A stretch of DNA of 64,000 nucleotides, taken from contig JAUWBI010000002.1 of the NCBI GenBank assembly GCA_030601745.1, positions 16,770 to 80,769 of the forward strand. Direction: 5' to 3'. Of the stretch, positions 34,402 through 43,377 are shown piece by piece; positions within the stretch are counted from its first letter, which is position 1; every line of letters begins with the position of its first letter. This DNA is from Phycisphaerae bacterium. GTDB taxonomy: Bacteria > Planctomycetota > Phycisphaerae > Sedimentisphaerales > Anaerobacaceae. The notes beneath the pieces are model-generated. The model worked only from the letters and a program-made list of their open reading frames with translations, searched no databases and was not told the DNA's origin. Both the position numbers and the translations under genes were made by a program.

Positions 34402-36096
34402 TTAGAACTGGCTGACGAAATTCTTGACTAGTTTCGTGGCTGTTTGCCAGCATATCCATAAGTCCATCTTTAATGACAGGTCTCTGACATATTTGGTGTC
34501 GTAATGTATCCATTCCTGAAAGTCTTTCATCGGCTGGCGGGTCCTACAAACCTGCCAAAGTCCCGTGATACCCGGCCGAACCGAGAGTCGGGCGTCACGC
34601 CAGGACGGACACAGTGTATTTTCCGATTCGGGAGATGGTCTTGGACCAACAACACTCATCTGACCAAACAGAACATTAAAGAATTGAGGTATTTCGTCGA
34701 TATATGTGTCTCGCAAAAAACTGCCGATGGTACTAAGACGCGGGTCATCCTCCATTTTGAATTGTGGGCCGTCAACCTGACTGATGGTTCTTAGTTTATC
34801 CTGTATCTTATCAGCCCCCACGAGCATAGTTCTGAACTTCAGACAACTGAATGCTTTGCCGTGCAGTCCCTGTCGGGTATCTTTGAAGAATACCGACCCC
34901 CGAGAGGTTAATTTAATAACCAAAGCAATTATCGGAAGAACAGGTGCAAAAAGAATCAGCACGGTTATAGCTGCAACAATATCAGCAATTCTCTTAAAGC
35001 ATCTGGTATAGGAAATTCTCGGCCAACCGCGGAAAGTGTCGTTAGCACGTTGTTGGTGGTTTAAATCGAACTTTGGGTAGCAAATTTGCTTTGAATTATT
35101 GCTTTTGTATCGAGTTAGGCGCTTCCAGTTGCATTGTGGTCCTTTTACAACGCGGTTTTGGATAAGTTGATTCTGCGGCACGCAAACTCCCGGGCCAATG
35201 ATTGATGAATTTATAACGGCAGAAGTGCCAATCCTAACGTTATTACCAATAATGGTTGGGCCTACTATAATTGCGTTTTGACTTATACTAACGTTTCGCC
35301 CAAACAATATTTTGCCAAACAATCTTGCGCTGTCAGATATTGTGATATTGTCTTTATCCAAGATTTCTGTCCGAGATTTATTGTTTGTATTACGATGATT
35401 CTGCACCGAAGAGTTGAGCTTGGTTGCAAGGAAGCTAAGCAAACCCGGCTCTGTTTCCAAATCCAATACAGTACCTCCGACACTAATCGCTCGCAGCGTT
35501 AATGCATTCGACCGACATCTTTTTAGAAGAGCGGAAAAAGATTGAGGTAAAGCACGGTCGGCCAAGACTTGGTCAAGAACATTAGTCTTAACAAAGATAT
35601 GATGAGGCCAATCGGTAGGAACAGGTGCAGGTTCAGCGGAATCAGAGTACAGCCGACGGAAACCTGCTACCTTGCCCTGGGCTGTCAATCGCACTTTATC
35701 TCGTTTGCCCAGCAATCCAGGTTCGACATTAACCGCTACCACATCCGCCTGGATGCCAGCCAATACTTTATGGAGCAATTCACCATCAACCTGAGTTGCA
35801 AATCGACCATCGGAAACAATGAGCCATGAGGTTCGTCTGGTTTTCCGCAGAAGCTCAGAGCAGATTGGGACGTTTTTTGTATAAGCTATCATCTTTGGTA
35901 TCGCTGCGCGGGTTTCAATGCTCCATCTTTCTGGAATGGCGACCGCAGCATTTGTATCGCCGTCCAAGCATAAATGTTTGCTTAATCCATCGAGAACAAC
36001 ATCGCCGATAGGCTCGCTGGAAACAGCAAACCGAAGCAGGTCGTTACCGTCACTGGCTGCGGAGTTCCTGTTTTTATGTATGATAATCAGGTTCAT
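34402..36096 (-). CDS. Priming polyprenyl-phosphate sugar phosphotransferase (Bac_transf) with N-terminal degenerate nucleotidyltransferase-like + left-handed beta-helix module
   Basis: 564 aa. The C-terminal part reads ...KRIADIVAAITVLILFAPVLPIIALVIKLTSRGSVFFKDTRQGLHGKAFSCLKFRTM...DEIPQFFNVLFGQMSVVGPRP...RPGITGLWQV. Hexapeptide-like repeats lie at aa ~255-330 (ISQNAIIVGPTIIGNNVRIGTSAVINSSIIGPGVCV). Confidence 0.85.
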   Translation of the reverse strand: MNLIIIHKNRNSAASDGNDLLRFAVSSEPIGDVVLDGLSKHLCLDGDTNAAVAIPERWSIETRAAIPKMIAYTKNVPICSELLRKTRRTSWLIVSDGRFATQVDGELLHKVLAGIQADVVAVNVEPGLLGKRDKVRLTAQGKVAGFRRLYSDSAEPAPVPTDWPHHIFVKTNVLDQVLADRALPQSFSALLKRCRSNALTLRAISVGGTVLDLETEPGLLSFLATKLNSSVQNHRNTNNKSRTEILDKDNITISDSARLFGKILFGRNVSISQNAIIVGPTIIGNNVRIGTSAVINSSIIGPGVCVPQNQLIQNRVVKGPQCNWKRLTRYKSNNSKQICYPKFDLNHQQRANDTFRGWPRISYTRCFKRIADIVAAITVLILFAPVLPIIALVIKLTSRGSVFFKDTRQGLHGKAFSCLKFRTMLVGADKIQDKLRTISQVDGPQFKMEDDPRLSTIGSFLRDTYIDEIPQFFNVLFGQMSVVGPRPSPESENTLCPSWRDARLSVRPGITGLWQVCRTRQPMKDFQEWIHYDTKYVRDLSLKMDLWICWQTATKLVKNFVSQF

Positions 36097-36166
36097 GGAT
36101 AAATTGAGAACTTGGGTGGATGAAGAACTAATGTCACGTTAACAATCTTTGACAGGTTAATTTTCT

Positions 36167-38572
36167 TTAGGAGTCAGAATCGTTGGTATTACCCTCCTGA
36201 CTCTGCATAGGGAGCAGCAGCTTTGCGGTGGCTCGCTTGGCGTTTTTCCTCGAGCGGGCGTTCTGTGCGTAATAATTGTGACCATAACGGTAGTAGCTAT
36301 GACCAGCCTCGACATTACTTAGAACGGTGCCAAGCACATTTACATTTATTTGGGCGAGTTTTTCGCTCGCCTCTCTAAGGTCCGGAGCGGTAGTTTGACC
36401 GGCGAAGCTGACCAATATGACCGCATCTGCAATCTTGGCCCACATCAAGGCGTCAGGAAAGGCCAGCACAGGAGGACTATCAATAATCACGTGGTCGTAC
36501 TTTTCGCTGATTGTATTTATGTACTGAGCCGTCAGAGGTAAAGCTAATAGTTCGTAGGCATCACCCCTATTGCGAGAATCCGCAGCAAGTACATCCAGGC
36601 CAGTTGAAGGCATAGAGCAAACGACCTGGTCAAATTTTCTTCCGAAAAGTATATCTTGCAAGCCCCTTGAGCCTTTTGGAAGATTCAACAAGTGCGCAAT
36701 ATCAGGTTTTCTCAAGTCACCGTCTATTAGCAGAACTTTTTTCCCTGCTCTGGCCATACTTGTTGCCAGATTAATGGCAAAAGTAGTCTTGCCTTCCTGC
36801 ATCCCCGGGCTTGTAACAACCAGCTTTTTTGGCATTTTGTCGCCGTTAAGCAGCCGTAAGTTCGCACGAATAGTCTGGTAGTCTCCGGCTATCTGTCCCG
36901 GGAGAAGAGCTGCCTTGATGGTGTCTGAACTGGTGGTAGTCCCGATTATTCGGATACCGATGCGTTTAACCACATCGTCAGGTGTACGCAAGCGAAGGTC
37001 TGCTTTGTCTCTCAGGAAAGCCAACAGCATTCCGCAAGCCATTGCGCCAAACATAAGGGCCATTGTGTATTTGATACGCTTATCCCGGACAGAAGCGACG
37101 TCGGCATTATAAGCGACGATAATCCTTGCAGGACGCTTTCGTTCCATTTCCAGTTCTTCTATGCGCCGGCCGATTCTCTCATATGTTTCCTTGATCAAAG
37201 ATAGTTCATCCTGCAATTCCTCTATATCCAGTTGTCGAATACCCTCAACAATGGTCTCCGTATCCTCCTCAGCGAGCATATCCTTAAACCGCTGTTCTAA
37301 CGCCCTTGTTAGTTCCAACTCATGCTGTATATTAGCCAGTTCGTTTTTCGCGTTGAGCAGCTTTTCTTTTTCCGCCTCAGCAATGTTTTTAGCCATGAAA
37401 TCATCATACATTTCACCCACTTCCGTCTTACGCTGCTCAATACGTTCTTTCAGTGCTTTTATCACATCAGCTCTTTCCTCAAGTTCCGGATTTGTTGGTG
37501 CCAATCTCAGCCTGGCAACGATAAATTCTTGTTCTAACTGTGCGAGATTTGCTATGAAAGTATTGAGGGTTGGGTCGGTATTTATATAGCTGCGGCGCGT
37601 CGGATCATTGTGGTCTGTGGCCTGTTCCACCTCAGCTGCTAATTCGTCCCGCTCTATGGGCTGTTCTTTCTCATTTGCATCGGGCGATTCTAACCTATCT
37701 TTTAGCACCTCCACCTGAGCCTCCAGGTGAATTCTACTTGCCTCCCATTTAGTAAATTCGCTGAGCAGCATTCCAACACGTTCCAACTTTATTTGTTGAC
37801 GTTTGTCCAAGGTGGTCGACGATTTGGACCCAAACTCTTGTGCCAAGGCGTTGATTTCTTTACGCTTGTTTTTCAATTTTACGGCCAGATCCTTTTGCTT
37901 GTTTACCAACGCAGTCAATTTTTGCCCCTCCTCCTTGCTGGAACTGTCAACTTCGACGGCCATATAGGCATCAATAAAAGCGTCTACAATCCGCTTTGCT
38001 TCTTCTGAGTTTGTACTTTTCATAGTTACCTTTATTAGCTCGGTACGGCGACCAGGAGCAGCACTGATGACACCATTGGATATCGCTTGTTTCAATATGC
38101 TTGCCGGCTCGGGCTTTGCCTTGGTGTTCTTTAGTGTCTGTTTTAGCTTTGTGACAAGCCCTGTGGGCTCATTTTCAAAGTAGGCTAGGTTTTTGTCTGC
38201 TAAATCGGTTGCTACTCTTTGCACCACCTGGCTGCTGGTAATCATTTCTGCCTGAGTATACATAAAGCTTTGATAAGATATTCCTCCAGAGTCTGCTTCG
38301 CCGGTCCAGATGTTTTCTAAAATAGGAGCAACCCTTATTGCGCCGGTTACACTATACAGAGGCTCGATCGAAAGCCATATTGCAGGGATTCCCGTTGCGC
38401 ACATTACAAAGAATATCAGCAGCACAATGTACCAGCGTCGAAGTACACCCTTAATTAGATTGGATGTGGAATGACTGTCAGATTCAGGCAGCATCTCAAA
38501 ATTAGCAGGCCTATGTTCAATTACCTGACCATTATATTTTTCTAAATCGCTCATTTTTTGGTTTTCCTCCAT
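36167..38572 (-). CDS. Polysaccharide co-polymerase (Wzz/GumC-like) fused to BY-type tyrosine autokinase
   Basis: 801 aa with two TMs flanking a long coiled coil. The Walker A is VVTSPGMQEGKTTFAINLA. Also present are ...LLIDGDLRKPD..., VIIDSPPVLAFPDA and a C-terminal Tyr cluster HSYYRYGHNYY. Confidence 0.9.
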   Translation of the reverse strand: MEENQKMSDLEKYNGQVIEHRPANFEMLPESDSHSTSNLIKGVLRRWYIVLLIFFVMCATGIPAIWLSIEPLYSVTGAIRVAPILENIWTGEADSGGISYQSFMYTQAEMITSSQVVQRVATDLADKNLAYFENEPTGLVTKLKQTLKNTKAKPEPASILKQAISNGVISAAPGRRTELIKVTMKSTNSEEAKRIVDAFIDAYMAVEVDSSSKEEGQKLTALVNKQKDLAVKLKNKRKEINALAQEFGSKSSTTLDKRQQIKLERVGMLLSEFTKWEASRIHLEAQVEVLKDRLESPDANEKEQPIERDELAAEVEQATDHNDPTRRSYINTDPTLNTFIANLAQLEQEFIVARLRLAPTNPELEERADVIKALKERIEQRKTEVGEMYDDFMAKNIAEAEKEKLLNAKNELANIQHELELTRALEQRFKDMLAEEDTETIVEGIRQLDIEELQDELSLIKETYERIGRRIEELEMERKRPARIIVAYNADVASVRDKRIKYTMALMFGAMACGMLLAFLRDKADLRLRTPDDVVKRIGIRIIGTTTSSDTIKAALLPGQIAGDYQTIRANLRLLNGDKMPKKLVVTSPGMQEGKTTFAINLATSMARAGKKVLLIDGDLRKPDIAHLLNLPKGSRGLQDILFGRKFDQVVCSMPSTGLDVLAADSRNRGDAYELLALPLTAQYINTISEKYDHVIIDSPPVLAFPDALMWAKIADAVILVSFAGQTTAPDLREASEKLAQINVNVLGTVLSNVEAGHSYYRYGHNYYAQNARSRKNAKRATAKLLLPMQSQEGNTNDSDS

Positions 38573-38603
38573 TTGTGGTTTGTAATGTTAAGTATAGTTC
38601 GGG

Positions 38604-38663
38604 TCCCATTTTGCAATCTTTCACAAAATGGGAACGCTCCCAAACGCACTTTTTGCGTTTGGG
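38604..38663 (-). promoter_or_regulatory. Two adjacent intergenic hairpins between the exosortase and kinase genes
   Basis: TCCCATTTTG-N10-CAAAATGGGA (38604-38633) and CCCAAACGCA-N5-TGCGTTTGGG (38639-38663). The first shares its arm sequence with 34348-34375. Confidence 0.5.
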
Positions 38664-38668
38664 GTCCC

Positions 38669-40660
38669 TCACCGTTTTTGCCGTGCGATTATTACTGCTT
38701 CTTCTTTCAAAGGAAGCGTAGTAAGTTTTGCTAAAAGCCAAAGCTCAGTAACTACCGTTGCAAGGGCCAACGGCATCATTGCATAGCCCCCAAAATCGTG
38801 GAATATTTTCTCCCAATGCTCGCCGCTGAGCACTGTAAAAGCAAGTGCTGTGATTGTTAATCGCAGTGTGTTACAAAGTAGAGCAACGGGCAGGCTTGAT
38901 GCCAGGACGATGAGCTTTTCCCACCATGCTCGCCTGACCAGTAAGACAACCAAGCCGCTAATCACGAAAAAGGCGGTGATCATTCTCAAGCCGTTGCAGG
39001 CCTCGGCGACTGCGACGGTTGCCTGGCCGATGTGGATAACATTGCCTTCCTGCATGACCTCATAGCCCATCACCTCCAGGCAAAAAACGGCTGATGAAGT
39101 GGCCCAGCGCTGTAGAGGCAGCGCCACAGCGGCCTGGATTCGGTTGGGCCAGGGCAGCATTAAGCACAGGAACAGTAATACCGTAGATAGTTTTAGGAAA
39201 AGCCGCCAGCCAAACAAAAGCAGTACTAATGCAGCAATACTTAGAACAACAGACAAGTTTTCTGCTGAACTATACATATCGTACAGTCCGAATAGCCTGA
39301 GGCCCTGTGCCGCTAAGAAGGCAAATAGACCCCAAATAGAAGGCCTGATGCGGCACTGAGCAATATCATGTCGCCTTGACCACAAGATGTAGACAGCCAG
39401 AAAAGGAACCAAAAGACCGCTGGAATATTCATCACTTCTTTGCCATACATTCCAAAGGTTCATAAGACCGGGCCAGTAAGACCATAGAAAAGCAACTAAA
39501 AGAAGACCGGCTGCAAACCATGGGACCATCTTCGTCTTGTGCGCTTGTACCCAATCTGGCAATTTTCTGTTAAGTTTACCGAGTTGTAGTTGTAACGCGT
39601 TACCGAATCCGCTCGCGTTATTTTTCGCAACCTTTAATGCGCTGCCGACCAAACTTTCCAACATTCCCTCTGGTTTGAATGGTATGGCTTTTTCTTCCAC
39701 AATGGTATTACCGCGCACGGTCGCGTGGTAGTCTATCAGGCATCGTTGAATTTCACAATTTAGGCCTACTTGTGCGCCGTCCCAAAGCACACTATTTACC
39801 ACAACACTATCCTTGCCTATGCTAACATCGCGTCCGAGTATGGTTGGCCCAAAAATCACTGCACCCTCGGAAATGTGAGCGCCATCCATAATAGCGACCG
39901 GCCCATAAATTCGCGCACTCGGGTCCACCCTCGAATTAGCTGCCGTCCATACGGCTTGTGAGTTGTTACGCTTGCAGAGTTTTAAATCCGCGTTTAGTTT
40001 TGGGGCATTTTCAAGGTAATTAGCGATGGCATACAAGTATCCTCGCCAATCTCGAAAATTTCCCACGTGATTTGGTAATACTACCGTATGAACAGTTTTC
40101 CCGGCACGGAGCATTTCAGGAATCAGGCCTTCCTTGATATCAAAGTAGCCTTCTTTTGGGATGTGTTCTAAAACGCTGGTTTCGCAAATATAGATTCCTG
40201 CTGCTTCTCCCGTCTGCTTGCCATTTCTGTGGACTGCGTTAAACACCACAGTCAAATCAGACTTACCATCGCGGTGAGCATTTATCAGCATATCGATTTT
40301 CGGGGGGCATATTAAACTGGCAGGGAATACCAGAAGTAGTGAGTCTGTTTCTCCATTGGCAGCATCACGAATACATCCTGCAGTTCCCATCGGCAACGAT
40401 TCGTCTAAAAACTTCAACTCCAACCGATTATCAGCGCGAATCGATTCAGCCAGAAACGAACCATCACTATTGTAGCAGATTACCGCCTGTTTTATGCCCT
40501 GATCGGCTAAAGATGTTAGCAGACAGCCTAAGACAGGTTTTCCCACCACCGGCCACAGGGCTGTGGGCAAATGCGACGCCAGCGGACACCGCCCGAAGTC
40601 ACGGCCGCTTACAAGGATAACAGCTTTAACATTTTGTTTATTGACAACTTGTTTATACAT
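38669..40660 (-). CDS. Exosortase (EpsH family) with N-terminal nucleotidyltransferase-like + left-handed beta-helix module
   Basis: 663 aa in one ORF. The N-terminus KAVILVSGRDFGRCPLASHLPTALWPVVGKPVL is a diverged sugar-1-P NTP-transferase signature. LbH repeats lie at aa ~255-330. The C-terminal ~280 aa is polytopic with exosortase signatures: VAEACNGLRM (Cys codon at 38996-38998), LLCNTLRL and FHDFGGY. Confidence 0.85.
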   Translation of the reverse strand: MYKQVVNKQNVKAVILVSGRDFGRCPLASHLPTALWPVVGKPVLGCLLTSLADQGIKQAVICYNSDGSFLAESIRADNRLELKFLDESLPMGTAGCIRDAANGETDSLLLVFPASLICPPKIDMLINAHRDGKSDLTVVFNAVHRNGKQTGEAAGIYICETSVLEHIPKEGYFDIKEGLIPEMLRAGKTVHTVVLPNHVGNFRDWRGYLYAIANYLENAPKLNADLKLCKRNNSQAVWTAANSRVDPSARIYGPVAIMDGAHISEGAVIFGPTILGRDVSIGKDSVVVNSVLWDGAQVGLNCEIQRCLIDYHATVRGNTIVEEKAIPFKPEGMLESLVGSALKVAKNNASGFGNALQLQLGKLNRKLPDWVQAHKTKMVPWFAAGLLLVAFLWSYWPGLMNLWNVWQRSDEYSSGLLVPFLAVYILWSRRHDIAQCRIRPSIWGLFAFLAAQGLRLFGLYDMYSSAENLSVVLSIAALVLLLFGWRLFLKLSTVLLFLCLMLPWPNRIQAAVALPLQRWATSSAVFCLEVMGYEVMQEGNVIHIGQATVAVAEACNGLRMITAFFVISGLVVLLVRRAWWEKLIVLASSLPVALLCNTLRLTITALAFTVLSGEHWEKIFHDFGGYAMMPLALATVVTELWLLAKLTTLPLKEEAVIIARQKR

Positions 40661-40743
40661 CAGTTTCGCCTATTATCCATATACCTATATCATAGCTTTC
40701 AAAATTCGTACTCAGTAACAGTCATCTCCATACCCTACAATCA

Positions 40744-41874
40744 TCAGGTCTTTTTGGCCTCTTGGGCGAGCTTTTTCAGGCGCTGCTCTCGAGCGAGAAG
40801 AGCGGGCCTGGGTTCGAGGCCGGCCATATCCAGAATTGTCTTCCATCGGCAAACCCAGTCATGACGTATGAGAGACTGGACGACGTTGTTCCTTCGGATT
40901 TCTTGCAACCGTTCCGGCTGCGAATCTAGGTCAGCCAAGATTTCAGCGATATCTGTGGCATCAAAGGGCACTCGAATCACCGCATCGCGCCAATCAAAGT
41001 ACTTTCTGAACACCTCGTTTTCCGGATGCTCTCCGATCATGACAGTACCTGAAGCTGCTCCTTCAGCAAAACGATAGCCGATTTCACTTTGCCCGTGTGT
41101 CTCGAATTGCCGGTCAATCTTCGCAGTGTTGGCTATAAAGTAACGACTTCGTTTTGCAATATTCGCGAGCAAAATACGATGGTCCCGGGGAAGGAGCGTC
41201 TCCATATTTTCGAACGTGTCATAGATGTAGAAAAATTGCTTCTGCTCAGCCATCTTCAAGAGGACCTGGTGTGTTACCGACGATTTACGTCCCATGCTGT
41301 AGACATCGATAGAACGGAGTGGAGGATTTGGGTAGGGGCAGAACCGAATTGCGTCGACTCCAGGTGCGATGTAGGAACAGGACCGTTGTATCCTATTTTG
41401 TATCGGCTGAACACTCGCATTGCAGTTGAGCACGACATAGTCAAATTGGGACAAGATTTTTAAATGGCCTTTCCACTTGTGCAGTTCCCCGGCCCAAATC
41501 TCTGCAAGCCAGCACACAGCAGTTCGGCAGCGCCGCCTCCATCCATCAACTGCATTTAACGATAGCAAATCACTTGGGAATAGGCATTTCGCGAAGAAAA
41601 GGTCGTAGTTCCTCTTCAGCCGTAGCTTTGCGATTCCAGGATTGAGAGAAGCGACGGAGATGTGTCGCGCAAGTTGATTTGTAACTTTTCGGCCAATTAC
41701 GAAGGAACGGTAAGGCTCAGGCACCAACAAATCAACGTCGTCGATTTCACAGACCACATCCTCGAACTCGTAGTCAGCGCATCTCGAAACAAGTCTCTGC
41801 ATGTTGCGCTGTGAGAACATACATATGCGTGCATCAGCTACGGCGCCTGCGCCGGAACTCTGATTTATGTTCAT
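40744..41874 (-). CDS. Glycosyltransferase-like protein (CgeB/GT1-like C-terminal domain)
   Basis: 376 aa. ...RFAEGAASGTVMIGEHPENEVFRKYFDWRDAVIRVPFD...IAEIL resembles the C-terminal half of GT1-type enzymes. This is a weak call from memory. Confidence 0.5.
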   Translation of the reverse strand: MNINQSSGAGAVADARICMFSQRNMQRLVSRCADYEFEDVVCEIDDVDLLVPEPYRSFVIGRKVTNQLARHISVASLNPGIAKLRLKRNYDLFFAKCLFPSDLLSLNAVDGWRRRCRTAVCWLAEIWAGELHKWKGHLKILSQFDYVVLNCNASVQPIQNRIQRSCSYIAPGVDAIRFCPYPNPPLRSIDVYSMGRKSSVTHQVLLKMAEQKQFFYIYDTFENMETLLPRDHRILLANIAKRSRYFIANTAKIDRQFETHGQSEIGYRFAEGAASGTVMIGEHPENEVFRKYFDWRDAVIRVPFDATDIAEILADLDSQPERLQEIRRNNVVQSLIRHDWVCRWKTILDMAGLEPRPALLAREQRLKKLAQEAKKT

Positions 41875-42530
41875 TCAGATTCTCCTTTTAGTTCTTTGAT
41901 AAATTTTGCTGGATTGCCCGCCCAGATTTGTCCTGGTGGGATATCTTTTGTAACCACAGACCCTGCACCTACAATAGCCTGGTTGCCAACTGTAACTCCT
42001 TTAAGAATAATGCAGTGACCTCCAATCCAGCATTCGTTGCCGATATTGATCGGCGAAGCTCTAACATGATCATCATTTCCCCGAACCCGTACTGCGGAGT
42101 CCAGTGAATGAAAATCAGTATCATAAATCACTGTTCCACCGCCAATAAATGTGTTCTCACCAACACTAATTGATTTTGAGCATACGATCGTAACATTAGC
42201 TAACCCGGTGTCATTGCCAATAGTAAGCCTGGCACCGCGTTCAGCCCATATCCCTGTTCTCAATGAGCCCCCAACAGGGTTGTCCGGAAAACCTGATTTG
42301 ATCAAAACGTTATTCCCAATAACAACGCTAGCGCTTGGACTTATATGTAGGTTGATCCAGCCGCGAACCGAAAGGTGTTTTCCTACCTTGGCTCCATAAC
42401 AGATAAGTCGAAATCTTGCTATCAACGAATGCAAACCACGGACAGCTTTGCCATACAGCACGTAAAGATGTATAATAAAATGGTCAAACACTTTTAGCTG
42501 GTCTATCCCAAATATTCCAAAAGCCACCAC
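41871..42530 (-). CDS. Hexapeptide-repeat O-acetyltransferase
   Basis: 219 aa. ...NIGNECWIGGHCIILKGVTVGNQAIVGAGSVVTKDIPPGQIWAGNPAKFI. It has a 4-nt overlap with the downstream gene. The N-terminal start is uncertain. Confidence 0.8.
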   Translation of the reverse strand: MVAFGIFGIDQLKVFDHFIIHLYVLYGKAVRGLHSLIARFRLICYGAKVGKHLSVRGWINLHISPSASVVIGNNVLIKSGFPDNPVGGSLRTGIWAERGARLTIGNDTGLANVTIVCSKSISVGENTFIGGGTVIYDTDFHSLDSAVRVRGNDDHVRASPINIGNECWIGGHCIILKGVTVGNQAIVGAGSVVTKDIPPGQIWAGNPAKFIKELKGESE

Positions 42531-42809
42531 AAAGTGGAGAAGTGCAAGCTATTTATCATCTTGATAGTTGCTTGATAACCTCTGCCGAGCTATGTCGTCG
42601 GGCTTTCTAATCGTCACAATATCTGAATCGGCCACCAAGTCCACACCGGTCAATCTCTGTCAAGCTGCAAAATGTGCTTGACCTACCGACTTGGCATCAA
42701 TATAGTAGTTCCAAAATTGCTATCTTCATAAACAACAAAGCCAAGTTAATTTTGTGATATTTACAGCTTCGAAAAACCTGTCGAAAGTTTGTGTAGGAGG
42801 CAGATGCTT

Positions 42810-43361
42810 ATGCGGTTTATACCAACCAAGTTGAACGACGCATATATTATTGAGTTCGAATCTATTGTGGACAATCGAGGTTTTTTTGCCCGGACTTTCT
42901 GTGAGAAAGAGTTCAGGAAAAAGGGACTGACGAGTCACTTCGTCCAATGCAACATTGCCTGGAGCAAGGCCAAAAGTACACTTCGCGGCATGCATTACCA
43001 AATTGCTCCACATGCCGAGGTTAAAATGGTTCGATGCACCAGAGGTGCAATATATGATGTCATCATTGACCTCCGACCCAACTCACCGACCTACTGTAAG
43101 TGGACTGCGGTTGAACTAACACCAAGGAATAACAAATTGCTTTACGTTCCAGAGGGTTTTGCACACGGCTATCTGACCTTAGAACCAGACACGGAGGTTT
43201 CATATTGGATGTCGAACTTTTACTCACCTAATGCCCAACGTGGTGTGCGGTGGAATGACCTGGCCTTCGGTATCCGCTGGCCTATCCCTGACCCTATTCT
43301 GTCAGAAAAAGACCTATCCTATCCGGACTTTGAACCACAAAAAAAAGCTAAGAGCACGTAA
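42810..43361 (+). CDS. rfbC: RmlC-type NDP-4-dehydro-6-deoxyhexose 3,5-epimerase (cupin)
   Basis: Start at ATG 42810, with AGGAGG 9 nt upstream. Sequence MRFIPTKLNDAYIIEFESIVDNRGFFARTF...LRGMHYQ...KMVRCTRGAIYDVIIDLR...LYVPEGFAHGY. Confidence 0.85.
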   Translation: MRFIPTKLNDAYIIEFESIVDNRGFFARTFCEKEFRKKGLTSHFVQCNIAWSKAKSTLRGMHYQIAPHAEVKMVRCTRGAIYDVIIDLRPNSPTYCKWTAVELTPRNNKLLYVPEGFAHGYLTLEPDTEVSYWMSNFYSPNAQRGVRWNDLAFGIRWPIPDPILSEKDLSYPDFEPQKKAKST

Positions 43362-43377
43362 GCATAGTATAGGTTTC

